Shown in pieces: positions 1 to 11,536 of a stretch of DNA of 30,882 nt; the first letter of the stretch is position 1, and every line of letters begins with the position of its first letter. The notes below the pieces were generated by a model, which saw only the letters and a program-made list of their open reading frames with translations, was not told the DNA's origin and did not search any database. The stretch lies in the NCBI GenBank assembly GCA_046542505.1, contig JBKHBH010000017.1, positions 1-30,882 on the forward strand, in the 5' to 3' direction. Source of the DNA: Thermovirgaceae bacterium (GTDB taxonomy: Bacteria > Synergistota > Synergistia > Synergistales > Thermovirgaceae). The translations under genes were made by a program, and so were the position numbers.

Positions 1-285
1 CGGTATCAGAGGACCGATGATGTCCTTCGTGCCCTGCTTCGGAAAGAGGCCGCGGCGGCGCTTGTCGAAGAATCCGTCGCCCGGGAATACCTGAAAAAGG
101 TTGGGGATTTTGGCGAAAAGCTGGGGATTGCCTTCAGCCTTGAGGAAACGGGAGGCATGGCCTTCGGTTTCAGAAAAGACTCGACGATTCTCAGGGAGTC
201 CGTAAATGTCGTTTTGTCGCGCATGAAACAGGACGGCCGTCTGGATGATCTGAAGGAAAAGTGGTTCGGTGCCGTCATTCAGTGA
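1..285 (+). CDS. 3' end of a polar amino-acid ABC transporter substrate-binding protein (family 3), truncated by the window edge
   Basis: Own translation of frame +1: ...GMAFGFRKDSTILRESVNVVLSRMKQDGRLDDLKEKWFGAVIQ*, matching the typical SBP_bac_3 C-terminus (a.rK....L...vn..l..mk.dG....l..KWF). Stop TGA 283-285. Not in the ORF track because it has no start. Confidence 0.85.
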   Translation, partial: RYQRTDDVLRALLRKEAAAALVEESVAREYLKKVGDFGEKLGIAFSLEETGGMAFGFRKDSTILRESVNVVLSRMKQDGRLDDLKEKWFGAVIQ

Positions 286-784
286 GCAATTCGAGGAGGT
301 TTCTCGCAAAATCCAGAAGCAGTGTTTCTTCCGCTTTCGTTTCAATGGTGAGGGTCGATTCAGTGTCCAGCCGTACGGCGAGGCTGTAGCCGAGGACAGG
401 ATGGTTTTCTAAAATGGCATCTTTGCCGAGGATTTCAAGGGTTTTATAAGTTGCACCCGTTCCTGCGGGTCCGTCAGACCCTTCAGGATGGTTTTTCGGA
501 AAAGAAAGCCATTCCGTCCCGGGACCCTCGAGCATAATCGCCCTGACAAGCTCGGGACGGCCGTTTTTCCTGTAGGAGCGTTCTGTCATTCGACCTTCTT
601 CCTCTTTCTCTGACAAAAGTGTCCTCGTTTCGGCATTGTCGCCCGTCCATCCCGGGATGTCGGGAAGGGTCCGCTCCGGCGTGTTTGCCGATGTGGTTTG
701 GACACAGGTCAAAATACTGAGACATAAAAACAATGTCGCCAGCACAAGACAGGTGTTGCGTGATTTGGTGATTCTGTTTTTCAT
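275..784 (-). CDS. Hypothetical exported protein (169 aa) with N-terminal signal peptide
   Basis: Basic N-terminus plus hydrophobic stretch (CLVLATLFLCLSILTC), GGAGG RBS upstream (cctcc 790-794 on +). Overlaps the convergent SBP gene by 11 bp. Confidence 0.75.
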   Translation of the reverse strand: MKNRITKSRNTCLVLATLFLCLSILTCVQTTSANTPERTLPDIPGWTGDNAETRTLLSEKEEEGRMTERSYRKNGRPELVRAIMLEGPGTEWLSFPKNHPEGSDGPAGTGATYKTLEILGKDAILENHPVLGYSLAVRLDTESTLTIETKAEETLLLDFARNLLELLTE

Positions 785-830
785 GGCATCCTCCGAATTG
801 TAAAAGTACTCCCGCTAAACCTCGAGAAAA

Positions 831-839
831 TGGTATCAT
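831..839 (+). promoter_or_regulatory. Candidate extended -10 promoter (TGGTATCAT) for the miaB operon
   Basis: TGn-TATCAT about 65 bp upstream of the miaB start. No good -35. Confidence 0.4.
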
Positions 840-902
840 GACTTTTTGGTTTTCGCCTTTGTCATGGGACAAACTGGAAATGACCCGGGGAGGTTTTTCA
901 AA

Positions 903-2267
903 GTGTTCCGATTCGCCATACATGTCTACGGTTGCCAGATGAACGTCTATGACGCCGACAGGCTAAGGACTTCCCTACTTGAAAAGGGCTGGGAGGAGGT
1001 TGCCGAAGATGCTGCAGACATTGTCCTCTTTGTCACCTGCAGCATCAGGGCCAAGGCTGAACAGAAGGTCTGGAGCGAAATAGGCCGCCTGGAGCACCTC
1101 CATCGTTCACGGGAGGCTCCCCTCGTGGCGGTTGTCGGCTGCATGGGACAAAGGCTCGGGAAGGCCTTCCTGAACAGATTTTCGAACGTTCGTCTCGTCG
1201 CCGGTCCCCGAAGCCTCGGACGTGTTCCCGATGGCCTCGAGCAGGTGACCAAAGGTGGGAAGCCCCTGCTTATCATTGATGATCCGAAAGGCCTGGATGA
1301 TCTCGAATGCGCACCAGTGCGGCGGGAAAACCACTGGAAGGCCTTTCTGACCATAGCCCATGGGTGCGACAACTTTTGCACCTATTGCATCGTTCCCTAT
1401 GTCCGTGGACGGTTCAGGTCCAGGGACCCCGGCGAGATACTCAATGAAGTCCGGGAACTTGCCGCTGACGGTGTCAGGGAAATAAGCCTGATCGGGCAGA
1501 ACGTCAATTCTTACGGGGCGGATTTCGAAAACGGTTATTCCTTTGCTTCATTGCTCCGGGACGTGGCCGCAGAGAAGCTTGTGGACAGAATACGTTTCTA
1601 CACATCCCATCCCAAGGATTTTACTCCTGACATCGTTGAGGCCATGAGGGATAATCAGGAAATCTGTCCCGCAATCAATCTTCCGATACAGTCGGGGAGC
1701 GACAGGATTCTAAAGGCCATGCGACGTGGGTATTCCCTCGAGGAATATGCCACGATTGTGGAAATGATACGAAAAGGACTTCCTGAATCAGCTGTGACGA
1801 GCGATCTGATCGTCGGGTTCCCTGGGGAGACAGAGGAGGATTTCAAGGCTTCTGTGCAGGCACTAAAGCGATTCAGGTTCGATCTTTTGCATTCGGCGGC
1901 CTATTCGCCCCGGGAGGGGACCGTGGCATCCCTTATGGAGGACCAGGTTCCCGCCTGCGAAAAAAAACGTCGCCTGAACGAAGTCAACGGGATCCAGATG
2001 AAGATATCCGCCGAGATCAATGCTGCCCTTGTCGGAAGAACTTTCGAGATCCTTGTCGACGGCCCAGCCCCGAAGGGCGAGGGTCTCCTTCAGGGAAGAA
2101 CGGTGACGGACAAGGTCGTTATCGTTGAAGGCCCGGAATCTCTCCTCGGGCGTCTGGTGCAGGTGCGGATCGACAGGGCGGGGAAGTGGTATCTCCATGG
2201 AAGCGTGCTCCCCCGGGGAAACAGCGATGGAGGTCGATTTACCGATGAGGGATCTGACGAAGTTTAA
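903..2267 (+). CDS. miaB: tRNA-2-methylthio-N6-dimethylallyladenosine synthase (radical SAM methylthiotransferase)
   Basis: YGCQMN..D UPF0004 domain, CDNFCTYC radical-SAM motif, SDLIVGFPGET, C-terminal TRAM domain. Start placed at GTG 903 behind a GGGAGG RBS rather than at 846. Confidence 0.95.
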   Translation: MFRFAIHVYGCQMNVYDADRLRTSLLEKGWEEVAEDAADIVLFVTCSIRAKAEQKVWSEIGRLEHLHRSREAPLVAVVGCMGQRLGKAFLNRFSNVRLVAGPRSLGRVPDGLEQVTKGGKPLLIIDDPKGLDDLECAPVRRENHWKAFLTIAHGCDNFCTYCIVPYVRGRFRSRDPGEILNEVRELAADGVREISLIGQNVNSYGADFENGYSFASLLRDVAAEKLVDRIRFYTSHPKDFTPDIVEAMRDNQEICPAINLPIQSGSDRILKAMRRGYSLEEYATIVEMIRKGLPESAVTSDLIVGFPGETEEDFKASVQALKRFRFDLLHSAAYSPREGTVASLMEDQVPACEKKRRLNEVNGIQMKISAEINAALVGRTFEILVDGPAPKGEGLLQGRTVTDKVVIVEGPESLLGRLVQVRIDRAGKWYLHGSVLPRGNSDGGRFTDEGSDEV

Positions 2268-2925
2268 GGGAATTCTTTTCCTCCTCGGCGGGCTATTCAG
2301 CCTTGCTGCCGCGGCCATTCTCGTGCTTTTTTTCGCGGGAAAATGGGGTGGTGACGAGCCGAAACACGTGGCGGGCCCGGCATTGCACTTGTCCCGGGAA
2401 GATGTCGCTCCCGGTACTGGAACCAGCCCTTCCCCGCTGCAAGAAAAGACGGAAGAGCCTTGGGTTCTGTATATCACCGGTGCGGTACGTCGACCAGGCG
2501 TTTACAAACTGCCGCCGGGATCGAGAGTGTACGAGCTCGTTGAGCAGGCGGGAGGCCTGGCGGATTCAGCCGCTCCGGAGGCGTTTAACATGGCGGCACC
2601 GCTTGGAGACGGTATACATATACATGTTCCCGACCAGTCGGAGGCGGTCCCGTCTGGTTTTGACAATTCAATGCAAGATGTGACGACTTCAGGAGCCGGG
2701 ACGTTCGGAGTGCAGCGACATGAAAATGACCTTATAAACATAAATACGGCCGATGCAAAGACCCTTGAAAGGCTGCCCGGGATCGGTCCAAAGACTGCTG
2801 AAGCCATCATCCGTCACAGGAAACAAGAGGGTCCGTACAGATGCGTGGACGATTTGCTTTCAGTCAAGGGCATCGGGCCGGCGAAACTGGAAGCCATACG
2901 GGACCAGGTTCAGGCCGGACGCTGA
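2245..2925 (+). CDS. comEA: Competence DNA-binding protein ComEA (TM anchor, SLBB, helix-hairpin-helix)
   Basis: YITGAVRRPGVY SLBB domain, ININTA...LPGIGPKTAEAII...VKGIGPAKLE HhH pair. ATG 2245 follows GGAGG. Confidence 0.92.
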   Translation: MRDLTKFKGILFLLGGLFSLAAAAILVLFFAGKWGGDEPKHVAGPALHLSREDVAPGTGTSPSPLQEKTEEPWVLYITGAVRRPGVYKLPPGSRVYELVEQAGGLADSAAPEAFNMAAPLGDGIHIHVPDQSEAVPSGFDNSMQDVTTSGAGTFGVQRHENDLININTADAKTLERLPGIGPKTAEAIIRHRKQEGPYRCVDDLLSVKGIGPAKLEAIRDQVQAGR

Positions 2926-4331
2926 CGATTCTGGCCGAAGCCCCGGCTTTTACCCTTCTCGCAGGATGCGGTGTTTTCCTTTATGGCCTGGAGAGGGAAA
3001 TGCCGGCCTGGGCGGCTTGCGCTACGGGCGTTTTTGTCATCCTTTTTCTGGCCCTTTCCGGCACCGTCTCTCTCTGTCCGTGCCTTGCAGGCACAGTGGT
3101 TTTTTTGATTGGGATCTTCCTCGTTTTTTCGGTTACGGCTGAGACCAGACTCGAACTGCCGCCTGCAGACACATCGGTTTCAAGGGTTGAAACCACGGGA
3201 ACGGTCATCACCGAAAGAAGCTGGGGAAGCAGACGCGCCATCGTCATCAAAACGACCGAAGGCGTTTTCCTCTGCAAGCTGCCGACGACGGAGCTTTTTC
3301 GGGAGGGGGACCGGGTGGCCTTGGCGGGACGCGTTCGTTATTTTGAGCCCGCCCTTGATTCACGGAAGTTCGATGAAGAAACCTATTGGCGAGCGAGGGG
3401 CGTACTAGGGCAGGTGCAAAACCCGGAACTGGAGAAACAGGGCCGCTTTTGGTGGTCCTTTCCGGCCTGGAGGAATTTCCTGAAAGAGCGGGTTCTTTTG
3501 ACCGTACCGCAGTGTGCGAGAGGGTATATCCTGGCGGCCTGGCTTGGTGCCCGGGATCCCGACCTAGCGGAAAAACACCGGAAGTGGGGGACTTCGCACA
3601 TTCTTGCCATATCCGGTTTTCATGTCGGGATAGTAGCATTGGGCCTTCGAAAGATTGCAAGAGGACGTGTCCTGATTCCGTCCCTTTTCATGTGGGGGTA
3701 TGTTCTCCTGTCTGGTGGAGCGGCAAGCGCCCTTAGAGCCGCTTTGATGTTCCAGATCGCTTTTGCGGGCGACCTGCTTGGACGACCTGTGCGATCTGTG
3801 AACGCTGTTTCAGCGGCAGCAATGGCATCGCTTTTCTGGCGCCCCTGGTGGTTCTGGGATCTGGGCTGGCGCCTGTCGGTAACGGCTGCCCTGGTCCTAG
3901 GTTCCTTTGCTTCGAGGCACGGAACGAAATTTTTCTGGGTCGGGATTCCGCTGGTATGGTATGTGACAGGGGCTTTCATCTCGAGATCCTTTGGCGGTGT
4001 CCCTGTAGCGGGTATGATCATGAACACATTTGTCGTGCCGCTTTTCGCATTTTTGCTTCCGATGCTGTCGGTCTTGGTCCTGCCGCTGCTTTTCGGGGTC
4101 CCGGGACCGAAAATCGTTATCTGGCTCGCAGGGTTTTTTCTACGGGGCTTTCATGGTTTGGCGGGGGTCATTACACGTGTGATCCCTTTAGATATTGGAG
4201 CGGCTTTTTTCCCGGTGGAGGCAACATGCGCCCTTTTGGTTTATTTGTCATTCACCGGAGTGAATATAAAAGGGGCGAGGCCCATCGTCGCCAGTGTCTT
4301 TGCGGGGGCCTTTGCCGGGTTGTTTGTTTGA
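2922..4331 (+). CDS. comEC: ComEC/Rec2 competence channel, short form without the C-terminal metallo-beta-lactamase domain; start uncertain
   Basis: OB-like region (FDEETYWRARG), competence-domain motifs GTSHILAISGFHVG, SALRAALM, DLGWRLS, many TM segments. Start may be CTG 2922 (CTGA overlap with comEA stop) or ATG 3000. Confidence 0.88.
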   Translation: MTILAEAPAFTLLAGCGVFLYGLEREMPAWAACATGVFVILFLALSGTVSLCPCLAGTVVFLIGIFLVFSVTAETRLELPPADTSVSRVETTGTVITERSWGSRRAIVIKTTEGVFLCKLPTTELFREGDRVALAGRVRYFEPALDSRKFDEETYWRARGVLGQVQNPELEKQGRFWWSFPAWRNFLKERVLLTVPQCARGYILAAWLGARDPDLAEKHRKWGTSHILAISGFHVGIVALGLRKIARGRVLIPSLFMWGYVLLSGGAASALRAALMFQIAFAGDLLGRPVRSVNAVSAAAMASLFWRPWWFWDLGWRLSVTAALVLGSFASRHGTKFFWVGIPLVWYVTGAFISRSFGGVPVAGMIMNTFVVPLFAFLLPMLSVLVLPLLFGVPGPKIVIWLAGFFLRGFHGLAGVITRVIPLDIGAAFFPVEATCALLVYLSFTGVNIKGARPIVASVFAGAFAGLFV

Positions 4332-4375
4332 ATGAACAGGCTTTCTCCAGACCGGAAAGCCTTGGAGGTGGGGAC

Positions 4376-5140
4376 ATGCTGTTGGTTGTGGATATCGGAA
4401 ACACGCAGACGGTTATGGGAATTTTTAACGAAGATGAACTGATACGTCACTGGAGGTTGATATCGAAAACGAGAACAGCCGATGAAATAGGTGTCTATTT
4501 GTTGAGTCTGCTTGGTCTGACAGGAATCAATCCCGAGTCAATCAAGGGAGCCGTTTTATCAAGCGTGGTTCCGCCTCTGGACATGCCATGGTCTGAAGGG
4601 ATTGAGCGCTATCTGGATGTAAAGTGTCTTCGGGTGAACCACACCCTTGATCTGGGCATGACCGTTGATTACGAGACTCCAGGCGACGTAGGGGCCGACA
4701 GGCTCGTCAACGCCGTGGCTGGAACGGCGAAATACGGAAAACCCCTGATCATCGTTGATTTTGGAACGGCCATTACTCTTGATGCCGTATCGGAAAACGG
4801 GACATATCTCGGCGGTGTCATTGCGCCTGGTCTCGGGACCAGCGTGGACGCTCTCTTCGGCAAGACCGCGAAGCTCCCGAAGGTTTCCTTTGAGATCCCG
4901 GGGCAGGTCATCGGGAAAAATACGATGGAATCCATCCAGTCGGGTATCCTTCACGGTTTCGCGGGACTCGTGGACACCCTCGCTGGAAAAATCATGAACG
5001 AAATCGGCAAGGCTCCGGTTATCGCCACCGGAGGCGACGCGGAAAGACTCGCTCCGCTGTCGAAATCCATAGATGTCGTAGAGCCATGGATTACCCTTGA
5101 AGGACTCAGGATCATTTTTGACAGGAACAGAGGGCGATGA
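4376..5140 (+). CDS. coaX: Type III pantothenate kinase
   Basis: MLLVVDIGNT, VGADR, IVDFGTAIT, GGVIAPG, ATGG motifs. ATG 4376 behind GGAGGT; the 430-aa track ORF is over-extended. Confidence 0.95.
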   Translation: MLLVVDIGNTQTVMGIFNEDELIRHWRLISKTRTADEIGVYLLSLLGLTGINPESIKGAVLSSVVPPLDMPWSEGIERYLDVKCLRVNHTLDLGMTVDYETPGDVGADRLVNAVAGTAKYGKPLIIVDFGTAITLDAVSENGTYLGGVIAPGLGTSVDALFGKTAKLPKVSFEIPGQVIGKNTMESIQSGILHGFAGLVDTLAGKIMNEIGKAPVIATGGDAERLAPLSKSIDVVEPWITLEGLRIIFDRNRGR

Positions 5141-6156
5141 AATCAGGTGATGTAGCGGGCAGAAAGGCAATCGGGGGACTTGTGACGGCCAACCCTTTTT
5201 GGATAGCGCCCCTGGCGGGTATTACCGTACCTGCCGTCAGGCGGTTTTTTGTCCGGCAGGGGGCGGGCCTCACGCACACTGAAATGGTGAGCTGTGCCGG
5301 TATCCTGCATGGGAACCGCAAAACCTGCCGCATGCTCCGCAACGGGCGAGAAGGCGCCCCCACGGTTTTACAGCTGTTTGCCGGAAATGCGGAAATCCTT
5401 CGCAGGGGAGCAGAACGGGCCTTAAGTGACGGTTATGATTTTTTTGAGGTTTTTTCGATCAATATGGCGTGTCCCATGCCGAAGGTGGTCAAAAAGGGAG
5501 CCGGTGCGGCATTGCTGAAACGAAAGGACATCGCCTGCGACATGGTTAGTGAACTGAAAAAACTTGAACGGCCCGTGTGGGTCAAAATGCGCCTACTCTT
5601 CGAGGATGGGCTGCAGGACACGCTTCAATTCATAGAATCCATGCTTTACGCCGGAGCGGATCATGTGACACTGCACGGAAGGACCCCGGCGCAGCGCTAT
5701 GAAGGGGTTTCCGATATAGAATCGGTCCTTCGGGCCGCAAGGGAATTTCCGGGCAAAATCAGTGCCAGCGGGGATGTTTTTACTCCTGAAAAAGCGATGG
5801 AATACATTGCGGGCGGAGCCTGTGCAGTGCTTTTTGCCCGGGGGCTTTTGCGTGACGCATTTATCGTTGAAAGGTCAATACGTTTTAGCTCCTCCGGCAA
5901 GGAGATTGACAAAAACTGTCTCTTGCAAGAGGAGAAATTCGACAAGCTGCTGAAACTGGGAAAGGATCTTTATCTTGATGAGGGTGAAAAGACGGCCCTT
6001 GTCTTGCTTAAGCGGTTTCTCTCGAGTATTTTTAAAGGGTTGCCTGGCGCGTCACAGTTTCGTCGCGACGTGGCGCAGGCCTTTACATGGAACGAAATGA
6101 TGCAGGTGTTCCGGAAGTGGCGGAGCTTCCCCGAAAGGAGCGATTTCGATGTCTGA
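5137..6156 (+). CDS. dus: tRNA-dihydrouridine synthase (Dus family, DusB-like)
   Basis: APLAG, TEMVS, QLFAG, INMACP..KV..GAGAALL (catalytic Cys), KMR, LHGRT, SGDV. coaX-dus-lysS order is typical. Confidence 0.9.
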   Translation: MKSGDVAGRKAIGGLVTANPFWIAPLAGITVPAVRRFFVRQGAGLTHTEMVSCAGILHGNRKTCRMLRNGREGAPTVLQLFAGNAEILRRGAERALSDGYDFFEVFSINMACPMPKVVKKGAGAALLKRKDIACDMVSELKKLERPVWVKMRLLFEDGLQDTLQFIESMLYAGADHVTLHGRTPAQRYEGVSDIESVLRAAREFPGKISASGDVFTPEKAMEYIAGGACAVLFARGLLRDAFIVERSIRFSSSGKEIDKNCLLQEEKFDKLLKLGKDLYLDEGEKTALVLLKRFLSSIFKGLPGASQFRRDVAQAFTWNEMMQVFRKWRSFPERSDFDV

Positions 6157-7660
6157 TAACGTTGAAGGAAGAATGATGCCGGAAGACGAAATATTACGGC
6201 AGAGAACGGAAAAACTTGCCCGGCTGAAAAGCGAGGAGGGGTATGATCCGTTCCTCCATGAAAAATGGGATGTGAAGCACGCCCTTTCCGACGTAAAAAA
6301 AACCTATGAGTACCTGGGTGCAGATGAAAAAGCTGAAGAGGTCGAAATCATTACGGCGGGACGGCTGATGACGCTGCGGAAGCATGGAAAGGCTTCCTTT
6401 GCAGACATGGCCGACGAGACGGACCAGGTACAGTTGTATTTCCAGGTGGACGCGCTTGGGGAGGATTCCTACGTTTTCTTCAAGAAATGGGTTGATACCG
6501 GGGACATCCTGGGTGTTGTGGGTCATCCCTTCAGGACGAGAAGAGGAGAACTGTCGATTCTCGTCACGCGATTCGAGCTCCTCGCCAAGGCCATGCGTCC
6601 GCTCCCGGAAAAATGGCATGGCCTGAAGGATACGGAGATACGTTACAGGCAACGCTATGTTGACCTCATCGCCAACCCTGAAGTGCGTGAAACTTTCAGG
6701 CTGCGTGCCCGGATCATCAGCGCCCTGAGAAACGTTCTTGAGGAAGAGGGAACCATTGAAGTTGAAACGCCAATTCTGTCCTCGATCGCTGGAGGAGCCA
6801 ACGCCAGGCCCTTTGTGACCCATCATAATGCACTTGATATCGACCTGTATCTGCGCATAGCCACGGAGCTCTACCTCAAGAGGCTCATCGTGGGCATGTT
6901 CGGCAGAGTATACGAAATCGGGAAGAATTTTCGGAATGAAGGCATCGACATCATGCACAACCCGGAGTTCACGGCCCTTGAAGTGTATTGGGCCTACGCG
7001 GACTACAAGGACATCATGGATCTTACGGAACGCCTCGTAGTAGCCGCCGCTGACGCCACCGGAAACAGGAAAATCCGTTACCAGGGAACGGAAATCAATC
7101 TGGAACCGCCATTCAGGCGTGCGTCCATGGTCGATCTGGTAAAAGAGAAATGCGGATTCGATCTCCATGATACGGAAAGCGACGAAGAAGCGAGGAAATT
7201 TGCCCGCGACAAGGGAATCGAGATTGACGGCAGTGAGACGCGTTACGGCGTACTGGTGGAACTTTTCGAAACCTTTGTTGAGGATACGCTTATCCAGCCA
7301 ACCTTTGTTGTGGGTCTCCCCACAGAGGTGTCACCCTTGGCGAAAAAGGATCCGAAGGACCCGAATTTTACGAATCGGTTCGAACTGTACATTTATGGAA
7401 ACGAGGTCGCAAACGCCTTCAGCGAACTGAACGATCCTTTTGATCAGAAGGACCGGTTTCTCCAGCAGGCAAAAAGGAAGGCAGCGGGCGACGAAGAAGC
7501 ACACGTATATGATGAAGACTATGTAACGGCTCTTGAATACGGCCTTCCTCCCACAGGGGGCCTCGGCGTCGGGATCGACAGGCTGGTCATGTTCCTCACC
7601 GATTCACGTTCAATAAGGGATGTTATCCTCTTTCCGACGATGCGGCCGAGGACTTCGTGA
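6149..7660 (+). CDS. lysS: Lysine--tRNA ligase (class II)
   Basis: OB anticodon domain, PLPEKWHGL.D.E.RYRQRYVDL, FRNEG..HNPEFT, YGLPPTGGLGVGIDRLVM. Confidence 0.98.
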   Translation: MSDNVEGRMMPEDEILRQRTEKLARLKSEEGYDPFLHEKWDVKHALSDVKKTYEYLGADEKAEEVEIITAGRLMTLRKHGKASFADMADETDQVQLYFQVDALGEDSYVFFKKWVDTGDILGVVGHPFRTRRGELSILVTRFELLAKAMRPLPEKWHGLKDTEIRYRQRYVDLIANPEVRETFRLRARIISALRNVLEEEGTIEVETPILSSIAGGANARPFVTHHNALDIDLYLRIATELYLKRLIVGMFGRVYEIGKNFRNEGIDIMHNPEFTALEVYWAYADYKDIMDLTERLVVAAADATGNRKIRYQGTEINLEPPFRRASMVDLVKEKCGFDLHDTESDEEARKFARDKGIEIDGSETRYGVLVELFETFVEDTLIQPTFVVGLPTEVSPLAKKDPKDPNFTNRFELYIYGNEVANAFSELNDPFDQKDRFLQQAKRKAAGDEEAHVYDEDYVTALEYGLPPTGGLGVGIDRLVMFLTDSRSIRDVILFPTMRPRTS

Positions 7661-7675
7661 CATTATTTCAGGTGA

Positions 7676-9733
<2,058 letters not shown>

Positions 9734-9771
9734 TACATGTAGTACGGGCCAGCCAGAAGGAGGAGTCTTGT

Positions 9772-10077
9772 ATGGTTACGGAAGACGAAGTCAGGCATAT
9801 TGCCCGTCTGATCCGGCTGGAAGTGGCCGGTGAAGAAGTTGCGCGGTTGCAGCAACATTTCAATGAAATTCTTGAACATTTTCACTCCCTCGGCAAAGTG
9901 GATCTCACGGGGATAGACCCCTTCAATCCGGAGGAAGGACGGGCCTGCCCCTTGAGGGAAGATGAAGTGCTGCAATGGAATGGCAGGGATGCTGCAATCG
10001 GGGCGGCTCCGCTGAGCGAAGGGGATTTTTTCAAGGTGCCCCAAATCATGGGCGAGGTGGAAAACAATGATGCCTGA
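9772..10077 (+). CDS. gatC: Asp/Glu-tRNA amidotransferase subunit C
   Basis: EVRHIARL.RL, LRED, AP...GDFFKVPQI; directly upstream of gatA. Confidence 0.93.
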   Translation: MVTEDEVRHIARLIRLEVAGEEVARLQQHFNEILEHFHSLGKVDLTGIDPFNPEEGRACPLREDEVLQWNGRDAAIGAAPLSEGDFFKVPQIMGEVENNDA

Positions 10078-11536
10078 AACCCTGGGGGCGGCCGAAATTG
10101 CGTCCCGGGTTACACGTGGTGATATCAGCGCGGCGGACCTTGTAGAAGGCGTGTTCAGGATCATTGAAGCGAAGGAAGGGCAACTGAACGCACTCATCAC
10201 CCCATTAAAGGAAAGGGCCCGGAAAGAGGCCGAAGAACTTGACAGGCGAGCAAAGCTTGAAAGGCCCACAGGGGCTCTGTCCGGTGTTCCCGTGGTCATC
10301 AAGGACAACATGTGCACCGAAGGCATCCCGACAACCTGCGGGAGCAAAATCCTGGAAGGATGGAAGCCGCCCTACGATGCATGGGTTGTAAGGAAGCTGC
10401 GCGAAGCGGGTGCCGTCATTGTGGCGAAAAGCAACATGGACGAATTTGCCATGGGCAGTTCCACGGAACATTCTGCCTACGGTGCCGTGTCAAATCCCTG
10501 GGATATCGAACGGGTCCCCGGCGGCAGCTCGGGAGGAAGCGCGGCGTCCGTGTCCGCAGGATATGTTCCGGTAGCTTTGGGAAGCGATACGGGAGGCTCC
10601 ATACGTCAGCCTGCGGCATTCTGCGGAGTCTACGGTCTCAAACCGACCTATGGCCTCGTAAGCCGTTTCGGGCTCGTTGCGTTTGCCTCGTCGCTGGACC
10701 AGATAGGCCCTTTTGCGCGAAACGTCGAAGACCTGGCGCTCGTGTTGAGCGTCATAAGCCCTCACGATCCCCAGGATTCAACCTGCGTCGTCGGAAGGCG
10801 TCCCGGCTATGTTTCGGCTGCAGGAAATGGATCCCTTGCAGGCCTTAAAGTCGGAATCGTGCCTGAATTTTTCAACGATGCCGTGGATCAGGAACTTGTC
10901 GATGCGGTCCGCCGCACGGCGGACATATTTGAGGATGCAGGAGCATCCGTCGTTGATGTGCGGCTTCCGAATGCGGGAAAAGCCGGTTTGCCTTGTTATT
11001 ACATCATAGCCCCCGCCGAAGCCAGCTCCAACCTGGCGAGGTACGACGGTATCCGCTATGGATGCCGGGAAGATGCCGCCGACCTCATGGGCCAGTATCT
11101 GAAAACAAGGGGAGCGGGTTTAGGAAGCGAAGTCAAAAGAAGAATCCTGACGGGTACGTATGTGCTGAGTTCAGGCTACTACGACGCCTACTACCTGAGG
11201 GCACTGAAGGTCAGGAGGCTTATCTGCAGGGAATTTGACCAGGCTTTCGAGGGCGCCGATGTAATCCTGATGCCGACGACGCCGTCTTTGCCATTCCGGA
11301 AAGGAGAGCTCGTCGACGATCCGGTCCAGATGTACATGAGCGATGTCTTTACCTTGCCTGTCAACCTGGCCGGTCTGCCGGGACTTTCCGTGTACGCAGG
11401 AACGAGCCGAAACGGGTTGCCCCTGGGGGTACAGATTGTGGCCCCGCGGTGGGAAGAATGCCGGCTTCTGCAATGCGGCCGTGCCATTGAGAACGCTCTT
11501 GGTCAGGCGCCTCTTGCCGGAAGGGGGGACAGGTGA
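10067..11536 (+). CDS. gatA: Asp/Glu-tRNA amidotransferase subunit A
   Basis: Amidase signature IKDN, GGSSGGS, GSDTGGSIRQPA; SSNLARYDGIRYG; EVKRRI. Confidence 0.97.
   Translation: MMPETLGAAEIASRVTRGDISAADLVEGVFRIIEAKEGQLNALITPLKERARKEAEELDRRAKLERPTGALSGVPVVIKDNMCTEGIPTTCGSKILEGWKPPYDAWVVRKLREAGAVIVAKSNMDEFAMGSSTEHSAYGAVSNPWDIERVPGGSSGGSAASVSAGYVPVALGSDTGGSIRQPAAFCGVYGLKPTYGLVSRFGLVAFASSLDQIGPFARNVEDLALVLSVISPHDPQDSTCVVGRRPGYVSAAGNGSLAGLKVGIVPEFFNDAVDQELVDAVRRTADIFEDAGASVVDVRLPNAGKAGLPCYYIIAPAEASSNLARYDGIRYGCREDAADLMGQYLKTRGAGLGSEVKRRILTGTYVLSSGYYDAYYLRALKVRRLICREFDQAFEGADVILMPTTPSLPFRKGELVDDPVQMYMSDVFTLPVNLAGLPGLSVYAGTSRNGLPLGVQIVAPRWEECRLLQCGRAIENALGQAPLAGRGDR

Noticed and set aside
6..278. 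90-aa minus-strand ORF
   Set aside because: It is the antisense shadow of the substrate-binding protein end on the + strand.
3848..4375. Apparent 176-aa N-terminal extension of CoaX
   Set aside because: It overlaps comEC in another frame; the true start is ATG 4376 with a strong RBS.
6194..7168. 324-aa antisense ORF, and similar shadow ORFs opposite gatA, fdhA, the NuoF-like gene and sufB
   Set aside because: They lie wholly opposite well-conserved genes, show no recognisable motifs, and are expected from codon bias.
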